Below are positions 1 to 10,242 of a stretch of DNA of 49,074 nucleotides, piece by piece. The translations under genes and the position numbers were made by a program. The notes under the pieces are model-generated. The model made no database searches. It had not been told where the DNA came from and saw only the letters and a program-made list of their open reading frames with translations. Source of the DNA: Sphingomonadaceae bacterium. GTDB taxonomy: Bacteria > Chloroflexota > UBA6077. Position 1 is the stretch's first letter. Each line of letters begins with the position of its first letter. Location of the stretch: NCBI GenBank assembly GCA_050261575.1, contig JBLNDL010000029.1, positions 1-49,074 on the forward strand, in the 5' to 3' direction.

Positions 1-70
1 TGTTGGTGTGGGGTGGTGGTGTGGGGGGGCCCCGGCCCCCCCCCCCCCCCCAACTCCGCCCCTGTCCTGG

Positions 71-143
71 CTGAGCAGGCACCTCTAGATAGAGTACGCG
101 TTCCCGCCAGAGAAGTTGACGTGAACTGGAGATACCTACTTAG
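71..143 (+). repeat. Dispersed 73-74 bp terminal-inverted-repeat element (MITE-like), copy 1
   Basis: CTGAGCAGGCACCTCTAG...CTGGAGATACCTACTTAG; core AGAGTACGCGTTCCCGCCAGAGAAGTTGACGTGAAC matches the copies at 6713, 10410, 39580 and 45705. Confidence 0.85.
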
Positions 144-326
144 CCCGGTTCTTGCTGCAATTACCACGCACGACGATGGCAATCCGTGCCTTTCACCGCA
201 GTGCCGAGGCGATGTCCCGGGTAGAGGAGGGCGCGTCCCGGCCAGTGGCGGTCCACCCCACGGCGTGATCCCAGGTATCGCCTGGCAGAGGGAGCAGTGA
301 TCGCAGACAACCTTCGGAGGAGAGAC

Positions 327-530
327 ATGGAGATCAGCGCGCGCAACAAGCTGACGGGCACGGTCACTTCGGTCCGGCTGGACGACGTCATGGCCGAGGT
401 GGTGCTGGACGTGGGCGGGCAGGAGGTGGTGGCCGCGATCACCCGAAGGTCCGTCGAGCGGCTCGGCCTGAAGGTCGGGGACCGGGCCGTGGCTATCATC
501 AAGGCCACCGAGGTGATGATCGGGAAATAG
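327..530 (+). CDS. TOBE/Mop molybdate-binding domain protein (67 aa)
   Basis: MEISARNKLTG...AAITRRSVERLGLKVGDRAVAIIKATEVMIGK is the Mop signature; RBS GGAGG precedes ATG at 327. Confidence 0.9.
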   Translation: MEISARNKLTGTVTSVRLDDVMAEVVLDVGGQEVVAAITRRSVERLGLKVGDRAVAIIKATEVMIGK

Positions 531-566
531 CGGCCGAATCCAGAACTTCACGACCCTTTACGAGGG

Positions 567-1526
567 TCAGTAGCCCCGCCGGGGATCGACCAGGTTGATC
601 AAGGGCTCCTGGCGGAGATAACGGCCGAGGTTCTCCAGGAAGATTGCGGTTATTCGGCCGGCGTTGAGGGGGCTGCTGCCGCTGGTATGCTGGCCGAGAA
701 TGACGTTGGGCATGTCCCAGAGGGGAGAGTCCTCCGGAAGCGGCTCCGGAGTCGTGACGTCGAGGCCCGCACCGGCGATCCAACCCTCCTGAAGCGCTCG
801 AACGAGCGCATCGGGATCTATGGAGCGGCCGCGCCCCACGTTGTAGACGTAGGCCGTGGGATTCATCGCCCGCAACTCCCGCTCGCCGATTAGACCGGCG
901 GTCTCCGCGGTCAGGGGAAGACAGAGGGCAACGTGGTCGGCGAGGGGCAGCAACTCGAGCAGGCGGTCCCACGGATGCGTGTCGTCGGCATCGGCAAGGG
1001 GAGCGCCGCTGCGGCGCACCACGGAGACCCTCATCCCCAGGGCACGCGCCTTCCTGGCCAGGGTGCCGCCGATATCGCCAGCGCCCAGCACGCAGAGGCG
1101 CTGCCCTTCGAGCTCGAATTTGCTGGAGACCACGGGATCGAAGACCCGAGCCCGCCGGGGTTGGGCTCGGACGAGGGTATGGAGTCCCGTCGCGAAGGCC
1201 AGCATCATGCCGACGATAAACTCCGCGATGGGCACCCCATGGGCGCCTCGGGCGTTCGTGAGCAGCACGTCACGTTCGCGGAGTCCGGCCGCCAGCATCC
1301 GCTCGACACCGGAGACCCCGGCCTGGACCCAGCGGAGTCGGGAGGCGGCCCGAAGAACCTCGGGCCGGAGGCTCTTGGTGAAGATTACGTCCGCCTCCGG
1401 GGCAACAACGAGCATCTCCTCCGGAGTGAGGGCGAGGACGAAGCGGACCTCTGGGAACTTCTGGCGCAGACGGGTGAGGTTCGCCTCCCCAACGTTCTCC
1501 CCGACGAGGACGGTCAGCCTGGCCAT
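567..1526 (-). CDS. D-2-hydroxyacid dehydrogenase
   Basis: GAGDIG Rossmann motif; NVGRG, DVTTPEPL and HTSG carry the catalytic R/E/H. Confidence 0.9.
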   Translation of the reverse strand: MARLTVLVGENVGEANLTRLRQKFPEVRFVLALTPEEMLVVAPEADVIFTKSLRPEVLRAASRLRWVQAGVSGVERMLAAGLRERDVLLTNARGAHGVPIAEFIVGMMLAFATGLHTLVRAQPRRARVFDPVVSSKFELEGQRLCVLGAGDIGGTLARKARALGMRVSVVRRSGAPLADADDTHPWDRLLELLPLADHVALCLPLTAETAGLIGERELRAMNPTAYVYNVGRGRSIDPDALVRALQEGWIAGAGLDVTTPEPLPEDSPLWDMPNVILGQHTSGSSPLNAGRITAIFLENLGRYLRQEPLINLVDPRRGY

Positions 1527-1663
1527 CCCGCACCTCCTCCTCCCGCTACGGCAACCGTGGGTTGCCAGGGAACGGGCGCACCCGCGGCGGGACTCGGATC
1601 GGCGAAGGCGCTGGCGCGCGCGATCGGCAGATACGCAGGCTCACTATCGCCCATGCAGGACTC

Positions 1664-2443
1664 CTACAGGCAGCCAAGCTGAGCGGCCAAAGGCTCCGGA
1701 TCGGCACCAGGTGCGATATCCGGCACGCTGTGGAGGGTTTCGATCTCCGCAGCGACGATGGAGAGATGCCTCTCCATCAGGGTGGCGGCGTGCTCGGGAT
1801 CTCGATCGTCCAGCGCCCGGAGGATCGCCTCGTGCTCGGCGATGGATTGATCGCGGCGGCCGGGCAGCCGAACGGCCGCCAACAGGTACTCACGCACCGG
1901 CTTCATGATGGGTCGCATTAGGACCTCGAAGAGGGGATTCCCCGTGGCGGCGGAGATGGCCAGATGGAAATCCAGGTCAGCCGATACCACCTCCTCGGGC
2001 ACCGTGCTGGCACGCATGCGATCCAGAGGCGCCGAGAGGTCTCGAAGCTGCTGATCGGTGGCACGGATGGCGGCCAACCTCACGAGCCCGACCTCGAAGA
2101 GCGCCCGCACCTCCAGCCAGCGCATGAGGGACCCGCGCTCCGCGCGGAGCAGCAGGGAAAGGGGCTCCTCCACCTGCCAGGCATCCGGAGGATTGACGAA
2201 CACCCCGACGCCGTGCCGCACGTCGACCAGCCCGAAAGCCGCCAGCATCCGGAGGCTCTCGCGGATCACCATACGGCTGACCCCCAACTGCTCGGCGAGG
2301 TCCTGTTCTTTCGGCAGAAGCTCGTTGGGAGGGAGCCGCCGGGACACGATCTCCTCCGTCAGCAGGCTCGTCACCTGTCGGGTCAGCGTGCTCTTCGCGG
2401 GCGGCCTTACCCGCAAGGTAAGCCTGCTCTGATCTCTTGCCAT
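1664..2443 (-). CDS. GntR/FadR-family transcriptional regulator
   Basis: wHTH LPKEQDLAEQLGVSRMVIRESL and FCD domain (DLDFHLAI...GNP...EHEAIL); start placed at ATG 2443 after GAGGTG. Confidence 0.9.
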   Translation of the reverse strand: MARDQSRLTLRVRPPAKSTLTRQVTSLLTEEIVSRRLPPNELLPKEQDLAEQLGVSRMVIRESLRMLAAFGLVDVRHGVGVFVNPPDAWQVEEPLSLLLRAERGSLMRWLEVRALFEVGLVRLAAIRATDQQLRDLSAPLDRMRASTVPEEVVSADLDFHLAISAATGNPLFEVLMRPIMKPVREYLLAAVRLPGRRDQSIAEHEAILRALDDRDPEHAATLMERHLSIVAAEIETLHSVPDIAPGADPEPLAAQLGCL

Positions 2444-2559
2444 TGTCACCTCAACTCCCAACACCCGGCGGGAACTCTGGGAATCGGCCCGTCCCAACCC
2501 GTGAGGCTCGGCTGGCGATCCAGGAAGAACACGGGGGGACCGACTCGCGTTTCGGCCAA

Positions 2560-2643
2560 AATGTAGCAGCGAGGGAACCCGATGTCAACGGCGGACCTCC
2601 GAGGATAATGTGTGTTGATGTGCTTGTGAGCATGTGATAATAT
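2560..2643. promoter_or_regulatory. Divergent sigma70-type promoter pair
   Basis: Minus strand TTGACA(2588-2583)-17-TACATT(2565-2560) towards gntR; plus strand TTGATG(2615)-17-TAATAT(2638) towards the aminotransferase operon, with TGCT-N4-AGCA in its spacer. Confidence 0.55.
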
Positions 2644-3078
2644 CTCTCATAGCCTCGCTTCTTGCGGGCCGACCTGCGGCGGTCCAGGCGAACAGTCGCG
2701 GCGTTGGAGGTCACCAGTGCTCGACACCTCCGTTCGCAAGGGTCGGATGGCCGACACCGACGGCTATCCGCAACGCTCTGAAGGCTCGGGTATCGACGGG
2801 AGGAGACTGGTCGCAGACGTTGCCTCCCCGGGTGCGGTTCGAGCCGCCGTGGCGATCGCCGGCACCGCGGCCATCTTCCCTGGCTTCGTCGCCGGGCTTC
2901 GGCGCACGATACCGGCCGCCCTCCCCACGCAGAACGTTCCAAGCAGGCATCCCTCGTCCGAATCGACTCCTCTGGCGGGAAACGTGTGCCCTATCCACGG
3001 GACACCCACGTCGGTGGCAGCGGATTGAACGGCCGCAGTTGAACCTGGAACTCAGAGCAAGCGAATGCGGTTGAAGGA

Positions 3079-4401
3079 GTGAGTGGGATGGTCGAATCAG
3101 AGGCGCTATCTTCCTCGAGGCGTCAGGCCGAACTGTTGGACCAGGCTGGCCACTATCTAGCCGGAGGCGGCCTGGGCATCTTCGTACTGCCGCCAGACGT
3201 GAACCTGGTGGTGGCCTACGGCCAAGGGAGCCACCTGTGGGACGTATCCGGCCGAGAGTTCATCGACTACCATCTGGGCTCGGGACCCGCGCTGCTGGGC
3301 CACGCCCACCCGGCCGTGGTGGAGGCGGTATCGTCCCAACTGAAGAAGGGCAGCACCTACTACTTCCTGAACGAACACGCGATCAAGCTGGCAAGGCGGC
3401 TCGTCGACGCCGTGCCCTGCGGAGAGGTAGTGCACTTCACCGGCTCAGGCACCGAAGCCACGTTCTTCTCGCTGCGCGTTGCCCGCGCCCACACCGGCCG
3501 CACCAAGATCCTCAAGTTCGAGGGCGGCTGGCACGGCATGCACGACTACGCGCTCTGGGGCACCGTCCCCAGCCAACCCTCGGATTACCCCCGATCCCAG
3601 CCCGACTCCGCGGGGATCCCATCCCAGATCGGGGAGACGGTCCTCGTAGCCCCGTTCAACGAGACGGAACGGGCGGTGGAGATCATCGAGCGAAACGCTC
3701 GGGATCTGGCCGCGGTCATCGTGGAGCCGTTGCAGCGGGTGTTGGTCCCGGAACCGGGCTTCCTGGAGGCAATCCGGGAGGTGACGAAGGCGCACGACAT
3801 CGTGCTCATCTTCGACGAGGTTGTCACCGGCTTCCGGATCGCGTGGGGTGGCGCTCAGGAGCGCTACGGCGTGGTGCCGGACATCGCCACCTACGGCAAG
3901 GCGATGAGCGGTGGCTTCCCGATGGCGGCGTTGGTGGGACGGCGGGAGGTCATGGCCCCCTTGGACGCACGGAGGATCGAGCGGAGCCACCTGGCCTGGG
4001 CCTCGGGCACACTCAACGGCAATCCGATCAGCGCCGCGGCGGGCAATGCGGCTCTCGACGTACTGTCCCAACCAGGTATCTACGACCATTTCCACCGTAT
4101 CGGGGGCAGGCTGCGCCGTGGCTTCAGAGAGCTTGGCGCCAAGTACGGCTTCGACGTGCAGTGCCCTGGCGAGGATGCGGTCTTTGGGGTTCGCTTCCTG
4201 GCGAACGAGCGTCCACGGACTTGGGCCGAGCTGATCCCAGCCGACAAGAAACTCGGGCTGGAGTGGGCAGTCGGGCTTCTGCGTCGAGGGATCCTGGTCA
4301 ACCCCAACGAGAAGTTCTACATCTCCGTCGCCCACAGCGAAGCCGACGTCGACCGAACACTGGAAGCGGCCGAAGAAGTCTTCAGGGCGATGAGGCGGTG
4401 A
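3079..4401 (+). CDS. Class III PLP aminotransferase (GSA-aminomutase-like fold)
   Basis: SGTEA; FDEVVTGFR...PDIATYGKAMSGG with the PLP lysine; SGTLNGNP. Confidence 0.88.
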   Translation: MSGMVESEALSSSRRQAELLDQAGHYLAGGGLGIFVLPPDVNLVVAYGQGSHLWDVSGREFIDYHLGSGPALLGHAHPAVVEAVSSQLKKGSTYYFLNEHAIKLARRLVDAVPCGEVVHFTGSGTEATFFSLRVARAHTGRTKILKFEGGWHGMHDYALWGTVPSQPSDYPRSQPDSAGIPSQIGETVLVAPFNETERAVEIIERNARDLAAVIVEPLQRVLVPEPGFLEAIREVTKAHDIVLIFDEVVTGFRIAWGGAQERYGVVPDIATYGKAMSGGFPMAALVGRREVMAPLDARRIERSHLAWASGTLNGNPISAAAGNAALDVLSQPGIYDHFHRIGGRLRRGFRELGAKYGFDVQCPGEDAVFGVRFLANERPRTWAELIPADKKLGLEWAVGLLRRGILVNPNEKFYISVAHSEADVDRTLEAAEEVFRAMRR

Positions 4402-4577
4402 CCCTTCCGCCGTGGGGACGGCGAACGGGATAGATCGAATGACCGGCAGCACAATCCCACCTCGTATTGCGGTTTGAGAGCGCAGAGCAGCGCGGAGGCA
4501 TCGTTGCCAGCGTCTGGTGTCCGTTCCAACCTGGGTCGTCAACTGCATCGATCGAGTGATTGCAGGGAGGAGAAGGC

Positions 4578-6716
4578 ATGGCGTCGAACAAGAGGCAACT
4601 GGGCAGACGCGAGTTCTTGAAGCTTTCGGCTCTCACGATGGGCGGGATCACCCTGGCGAGCTGTGCGCCACAGACTCCTGCCCCGCCCACCCAGGCACCA
4701 GCGGCCGCACCCCAGGCAACCACTGCAGCGCCGCCAGCGGCAGCCGCCCCAACCGCCCCGACCAAGGCCGAGCCCAAACTGGGGCAGCAGTTGATCGGCA
4801 AGCTCGAGGGTCCCACCATCATCCGCGATCCGTCCAAGTTCCCCAAGACTTTCCAGGAAGCCCCGATGCTCGCCGACCTCGTCAAGAGCGGCAAGCTGCC
4901 GCCGGTGGAGCAGCGGCTGCCGGAGCCGAGCGATCTCCTGGTCATCCAGCCCGTCGAAGGCACCGGCAAGTACGGTGGCACCTGGCGGCGTGCGTTCACC
5001 GGCCCCGCCGACTTCGAGAACGGAGATCGGCTCGTCTCGCTCGACAAGATCCTGCACCTGGACTACACGGGCACCAAGAACCAGCCCGCCGTGGCCAAGG
5101 ACTGGAAGATCAGCGAAGACGGCAGGACCACAACCATCTACCTTCGCAAGGGCATGAAGTGGTCGGACGGGCAGCCCTTCACGGCCAACGACTTCGTCTT
5201 CTGGTACGAGGACATATACAACAACAAGGACCTCGTGCCGGTGAAGACCCCCGAGATGTTCGTCAACGGGAAAGAGGGCAGGCTGAGAAAGATCGACGAC
5301 TACACCATAGCGCTCGAGTTCCAGGACCCCTACTACCTGCTGGAGGACATGCTGGGCGGGGACACGCAGTTGGGTGGCGGGCAGGCGTGGCGGGCGCGCT
5401 TCTTCATGGGGCTGTACGCGCCTGCTCACTACCTCAAGCAGTTCCACCCGAAGTACGTCTCGAAGGAGGAACTGGACCAGAAGGTAAAGGACGCCAAGGC
5501 CGATGGCTGGGTGGTGCTGTTCAAGCTGAAGAGCCAGTGGGAGTTGAACCCTGAGCTGCCGACTCTGGGACCGTGGAAGACGACCACCCCGGCGAACAAC
5601 CCGACGTGGGTCCTGGAGCGGAACCCCTATTTCTGGGCGGTAGACACCGAGGGAAACCAGCTCCCCTACATAGACAAGGTCCAGATGACCCTCGGCGAGA
5701 ACCTGGAGATCATCAACCTGCGCGCGGCCGCTGGCGAGTACGACTACCAGGACCGGCACATGGATCCGGCCAAGCTGCCCGTCTTCATCGAGAACGCGAG
5801 CAAGTACGGCTACACGGTCCATCTCGATCCGCAGAACATCGGGGCCTACCAGGAGATCTTCTTCAACCAGAGCTACGAGGGCGACCCCGAGATCGCCAAG
5901 TGGATCAAGAACGCCGACTTCCGGCGGGCGCTCTCCCTGGGGATCGACCGGGCTCAGTTGGTCGAGACCTTCGCCCTCGGCGTGGGCGAGCCGGGCTCCG
6001 TATGCCCGCCGGCCGACTGGCCCTACAGCCCGGGCGCAGAGTGGAAGAAGAAGTGGTCGCAGTACGACCCTCAGCAGGCCAACGCGATGCTGGACAAGAT
6101 CGGGCTGGACAAGAAGGACTCGGAGGGCTTCCGGCTGCGGACCGACGGCAAGGGCCGCTTGCGACTGGAATGGACGGTGGTTGGAGCGAACATGGCGAAC
6201 TACACTGGCGTGGCGGAGATGGTCGCCGCCCAGTGGAAGAAGATCGGAATCCAGGCGGACGTCAAGGAGATGGAGCGCAGCCTCGCCCAGACCCGCGCCC
6301 TCAACGGCGAGCACCAACTCTACTCCTGGAACAACAGCGGGGCGGAGTTGCTGTATCTCTTCCCGCGGCACGCCATCCCGGTCGAGCCTACCGAGGCATA
6401 CCTTGGTCCACAATGGGCGAAGTGGTTCGCCAGCGACGGGCAGGCGGGAAAGAAGCCCGACGATCCGGAGATGCTCAAGGCTTACGAGCTGTTCAAGTCG
6501 GCCTCGGGGCAGAAGCTCGAGGATCGGATCAACACCGCCAAGGAGATCTGGAAGATCCTGGTGGACCAGCAGTACGCGATCGGGTTGTGGGGCCAGTCAG
6601 CCTCTGTGCGTATCACCAGCAACAAGATGGGGAACGTGCCGGCGCGACAGTGCTCCGACCAGAACTGTCGGACGCCCGGCTCGTCCATGCCGGCGACCTT
6701 CTACTTCAAGAGCTAG
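4578..6716 (+). CDS. ABC transporter substrate-binding lipoprotein, family 5 (Tat signal)
   Basis: GRREFLK twin-arginine motif, LASC lipobox, Pro/Ala linker, LPPVEQRLP, LRKGMKWSDGQPFTANDFVF. Confidence 0.9.
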   Translation: MASNKRQLGRREFLKLSALTMGGITLASCAPQTPAPPTQAPAAAPQATTAAPPAAAAPTAPTKAEPKLGQQLIGKLEGPTIIRDPSKFPKTFQEAPMLADLVKSGKLPPVEQRLPEPSDLLVIQPVEGTGKYGGTWRRAFTGPADFENGDRLVSLDKILHLDYTGTKNQPAVAKDWKISEDGRTTTIYLRKGMKWSDGQPFTANDFVFWYEDIYNNKDLVPVKTPEMFVNGKEGRLRKIDDYTIALEFQDPYYLLEDMLGGDTQLGGGQAWRARFFMGLYAPAHYLKQFHPKYVSKEELDQKVKDAKADGWVVLFKLKSQWELNPELPTLGPWKTTTPANNPTWVLERNPYFWAVDTEGNQLPYIDKVQMTLGENLEIINLRAAAGEYDYQDRHMDPAKLPVFIENASKYGYTVHLDPQNIGAYQEIFFNQSYEGDPEIAKWIKNADFRRALSLGIDRAQLVETFALGVGEPGSVCPPADWPYSPGAEWKKKWSQYDPQQANAMLDKIGLDKKDSEGFRLRTDGKGRLRLEWTVVGANMANYTGVAEMVAAQWKKIGIQADVKEMERSLAQTRALNGEHQLYSWNNSGAELLYLFPRHAIPVEPTEAYLGPQWAKWFASDGQAGKKPDDPEMLKAYELFKSASGQKLEDRINTAKEIWKILVDQQYAIGLWGQSASVRITSNKMGNVPARQCSDQNCRTPGSSMPATFYFKS

Positions 6717-6786
6717 GCAGGCATCTCTGGTTTACGTCGACTTCTCTGGCGGGAAACGAACACTCGGCACCGGGATTCCTGCTTTG
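6713..6786 (-). repeat. 74 bp MITE-like element, copy 2 (overlaps the SBP stop codon TAG)
   Basis: Reverse complement contains GTTTCCCGCCAGAGAAGTCGACGTAAACCAGAGATGCCTGCCTAG. Confidence 0.8.
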
Positions 6787-6794
6787 CGTTCACT

Positions 6795-6831
6795 TGGCGG
6801 GAGCATTCCGGGTCCCGGAATGCTCCCGCCA
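6795..6831. terminator. Perfect 18-bp-arm palindrome (stem-loop) between the SBP and amidohydrolase genes
   Basis: TGGCGGGAGCATTCCGGG-T-CCCGGAATGCTCCCGCCA; no U-tract, so it may stabilise mRNA rather than terminate. Confidence 0.55.
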
Positions 6832-6853
6832 GGCAAAAGGGAAGAAGGCGAAC

Positions 6854-8449
6854 ATGTTGGATCTCTTGATTCGTGGTGGCTGGGTCGCGGACGGCACGGG
6901 CAACCCAGCCTACCCAGCAGACATCGCGATTGAAGGCGACCGGATAGTGGACGTGGGCAGACTGCCCGAGGCCCAGGCGGACTGCACCATCGACGCCAGT
7001 GGCAAGATCGTTTGCCCAGGCTTCATCGATGCCCACAGCCACACCGATTCCACCATTCTCGGCAACCCCACGGCCGAAAGCACGATCCGCCAGGGGATCA
7101 CCACCGAGATCGTCGGCAACTGCGGCATGAGTATCGCTCCCGTGACCGAGGAGGCTCTATCCGGCGGCATGGGAGGTTTCGGCAGTTTTGCCGGCATTCA
7201 CCCGCGAGTCGGGGGCTTCGGGCAGATCCTGGAATACGTGGCCCACCTGGGCACCTCACAGAATCTCGCCTGGCTCCTCGGGCACAACACCATCCGGCAC
7301 GTCGCCGGTGTCTCCGGTTCTCGCGTCACTCAAGACCAGTACCGAACAATGGAGGGCTGCATCAGGGAGGCGATGGAGGCGGGCGTGCTGGGCTTCTCGA
7401 CGGGCCTGGAGTTCGAGCCCGGCCGCTCGGCCACGCCCGAGGAGATCACAAGATTGGTCGGGGTCGTCGGACAGTATGGTGGCATTTACGCCAGCCACAT
7501 CCGCAACCGGGACGCACACGTCCAGGAGGCTGTGGAGGAGTTCCTCGACGTGGTGCGCGCGAGTGGGACTCGCGGCGAGGTATCGCACCTCAACATACGG
7601 CACAACACCGGGGCGCCGGAGGGCGCGTGGCAACGGGCTGTAGACACCATCGAGAGAGCCCGCAGGGAGGGGATGCAGGTGCTGACCGACATGACTCCCC
7701 TCACCTTCGGGATTGGCTCCATGGCTTCGATCCTGCCCCCTTGGGTGCGAGCCGAGGGCCACGAGCGAGCCGTCGAACTGCTGCGCGATCCCACCGCTAG
7801 GGCGAAGTTGCGCACCGATTGTGATAGGTACTGGCGTTTCATACACCGAGGCGAGTGGCACCGGGTCCGAATGCAGGCGAATCCCGCGTTCCCCGAAATC
7901 AACGGCATGAGCTTCCCGGAGATCTCCGAGGCGTGGGGCAAGGATCCGTGGGATTGCTACTTCGACATCCTCGCCGCCGCCGGCCCGAGGATGGACGGCA
8001 TCGTCCTGGTGGCCGAGCTGTTCACGGAAGATCACCTACGTGAGGCCATCGGCCATCCCCTCTTCATGCTGGTGGTCGACGGCTACAGCACCACGGCCGA
8101 GGGCCCGCTGGCGGAGCAAACCCGCTTCCCCCTCCACTACATGGGGATGGTCCACTTCCTCACCCACCACGTGCGGGAGAAGCGCACTTTGCGGCTGGAG
8201 GAAGCGATCCGCAAGATGACCAGCATGCCCGCCACCCACTTCGGTCTGCGGGACCGGGGGCTGCTGCGCCCGGGCTACTTCGCGGACGTGGTGGTGCTCG
8301 ACTTCGAGAAGCTGGAGGACGTCTCCACCGTGGAGCAGCCGTTGGCCTACGCACGAGGCGTGGAGCACGTGCTGGTGAATGGCGTGCCAGTCATCAGCGA
8401 TGGCGAGCATACGGGAGCCCGTCCCGGCCGCAACCTTAGGCGAGATTAG
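6854..8449 (+). CDS. D-aminoacylase / N-acyl-D-amino-acid deacylase family amidohydrolase, paralogue 1
   Basis: MLDLLIRGGWVADGTG, PGFIDAHSHTD, GNCG, SHIRN, LEEAIRKMTSMPA, ADVVVLD; true start at ATG 6854 within the 958-aa ORF. Confidence 0.9.
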   Translation: MLDLLIRGGWVADGTGNPAYPADIAIEGDRIVDVGRLPEAQADCTIDASGKIVCPGFIDAHSHTDSTILGNPTAESTIRQGITTEIVGNCGMSIAPVTEEALSGGMGGFGSFAGIHPRVGGFGQILEYVAHLGTSQNLAWLLGHNTIRHVAGVSGSRVTQDQYRTMEGCIREAMEAGVLGFSTGLEFEPGRSATPEEITRLVGVVGQYGGIYASHIRNRDAHVQEAVEEFLDVVRASGTRGEVSHLNIRHNTGAPEGAWQRAVDTIERARREGMQVLTDMTPLTFGIGSMASILPPWVRAEGHERAVELLRDPTARAKLRTDCDRYWRFIHRGEWHRVRMQANPAFPEINGMSFPEISEAWGKDPWDCYFDILAAAGPRMDGIVLVAELFTEDHLREAIGHPLFMLVVDGYSTTAEGPLAEQTRFPLHYMGMVHFLTHHVREKRTLRLEEAIRKMTSMPATHFGLRDRGLLRPGYFADVVVLDFEKLEDVSTVEQPLAYARGVEHVLVNGVPVISDGEHTGARPGRNLRRD

Positions 8450-8576
8450 GAAAGCAGCAGACGGCCCTTGGGGATGCCCGGAAGGGGCTTCGCCCCTTTC
8501 GGCGGGGCCTGGGGTGTCCCCAGAACTATCAAAGACTTCCTGATACCTGCCTAGCCACGGAAAGGAGACAGGAGGG

Positions 8577-10175
8577 ATGCTAGACATCCTCATCCACAAC
8601 GGCTGGGTGGCCGACGGCACCGGCAATCCCATCTATCCGGCCAACGTTGGAATCCTGGGGGACCGCATCGCCGAAGTCGGGAGGCTAGAAGGGGCCGAGG
8701 CATCCAGGGTCATCGATGCCACCGGCAGGATAGTCTGCCCTGGCTTCATCGACGTCCACAGCCACTCCGACACCACTATCCAGGTCAATCCCACCGCGGA
8801 GAGCACCGTTCGACAGGGGACCACCACCGAGATCGTGGGCAACTGCGGCACCAGCATGGCGCCTCTTACCGAGGCATCGCGGGAGCAGACGACGGCCAGG
8901 CTTCGCAAGCACGGCTATCGCGGCACGATAGAATGGTCCAGCTTCGGCGAATACCTGGAGGCCATTCGTCAGATGGGCACCTCCATCAACTTCGCCTACC
9001 TCGTCGGCCACAACGCCCTGCGGGCCGCCGCCGAGGTCACCGGTCCCAAGGCGTCAGAGGGGCAACTGCGCGCCATGGAGGCGATGGTGGAGGAGGCCAT
9101 GGAGGCAGGAGCCCTTGGGATGTCGACGGGGCTGGAGTTCGAGCCGGGCCGGCAGGCGCCCACCGAAGAGGTGGCCCGGCTGGCGAAGGTCGTGGGGAAG
9201 TATGATGGCTATTACGCCAGCCACATCCGCAACCGAGACGCACGGCTGCAGGATGCAGTAGAGGAGTTCCTGGAGATTCAGCGGGCCAGCGCGACCCGTG
9301 GCGAGATCTCGCACCTCAACACCCGGCACAACACTGGAGTACCGGAGGGCGGCTGGCGACGGGCGGCTGACACCCTGGAGCAGGCGCGCAGTGAAGGGTT
9401 AGACGTCCTGGCTGACATGACTCCCTTCGCCTTCGGCACCGGCTCCATGGCCTCGATACTGCCGCCTTGGATCAGGGAGGGAGGGCCAAGCAGGACCGCG
9501 GAACTGCTTCGAGACCCAACCGTGCGGGCCAGGCTGCGCACCGACTGTGATCGATACTGGCGCTTCATCCATCGTGGAGAGTGGCACCGAGTCCGGCTGT
9601 TGAGCAGCGCCGAATTCCCGGAGTTCTGCTCGAAGAGCTTCCTCGAGATCGCCGAAATCATGGGCAAGGACCCGTGGGAATGCTACTTCGACATCCTCGA
9701 AGCCGCCGGGCCCAAGCTGGATAGCCTCGGTCTGGTCGCCGAGCTGTTCACCGAAGAGCATCTGCGAGAGACCATCAGCCACCCACTGTTCATGTTGGCA
9801 GTGGACGGGGTGAGCAGTCGGGTCGACGGCGTGCTCGGCGAGCAAACACGCACGCCCATACACTTCTGCGGCATGGTCCACTACCTGACCTATCACGTCA
9901 GAGAGAAGCACACCCTTTCCCTGGAAGAGGCCATCCGCAAGATGACCAGTATGCCGGCAACCCACTTTGGTCTGCGGGACCGGGGGGTGCTGCGCGCTAA
10001 CTGCTTCGCCGACGTCGTGGTCTTCGATTTCGAGAGACTGGAGGACGTGTCCACACTAGAGCGGCCGACAGCGTACGTACGGGGGGTGGAGTGGGTGCTG
10101 GTCAACGGGGTCCCGGTGGTGGAGGCCGGTGACCACACCGGCGCGCGTCCCGGCCGAAACCTGCTCAGGAGCTAA
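8577..10175 (+). CDS. D-aminoacylase family amidohydrolase, paralogue 2
   Basis: Same motifs (PGFIDVHSHSD, GNCG, SHIRN), colinear with paralogue 1. Confidence 0.9.
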   Translation: MLDILIHNGWVADGTGNPIYPANVGILGDRIAEVGRLEGAEASRVIDATGRIVCPGFIDVHSHSDTTIQVNPTAESTVRQGTTTEIVGNCGTSMAPLTEASREQTTARLRKHGYRGTIEWSSFGEYLEAIRQMGTSINFAYLVGHNALRAAAEVTGPKASEGQLRAMEAMVEEAMEAGALGMSTGLEFEPGRQAPTEEVARLAKVVGKYDGYYASHIRNRDARLQDAVEEFLEIQRASATRGEISHLNTRHNTGVPEGGWRRAADTLEQARSEGLDVLADMTPFAFGTGSMASILPPWIREGGPSRTAELLRDPTVRARLRTDCDRYWRFIHRGEWHRVRLLSSAEFPEFCSKSFLEIAEIMGKDPWECYFDILEAAGPKLDSLGLVAELFTEEHLRETISHPLFMLAVDGVSSRVDGVLGEQTRTPIHFCGMVHYLTYHVREKHTLSLEEAIRKMTSMPATHFGLRDRGVLRANCFADVVVFDFERLEDVSTLERPTAYVRGVEWVLVNGVPVVEAGDHTGARPGRNLLRS

Positions 10176-10242
10176 GGCTCTGTCGACGTGAGGAGGATAT
10201 GGGCGGCCAAACTGAGCCAAGCGAAGCCCCTCTTCGACGCGA

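Noticed and set aside
1..60. G-rich run followed by a long poly-C, and the 13..300 ORF
   Set aside because: Low-complexity window edge, probably a sequencing or assembly artefact; the ORF runs through the repeat element and has no protein-like features.
146..326. Moco riboswitch or ModE box upstream of the TOBE gene
   Set aside because: No recognisable consensus by eye; an Infernal search would be needed.
3079..4401. Calling the aminotransferase hemL
   Set aside because: No tetrapyrrole genes nearby and the context is catabolic; only the family is supported.
5573..6853. 958-aa ORF suggesting an N-terminally extended amidohydrolase
   Set aside because: The extension is an alternative frame of the SBP gene in GC-rich DNA; the paralogue shows the protein starts at MLD (6854).
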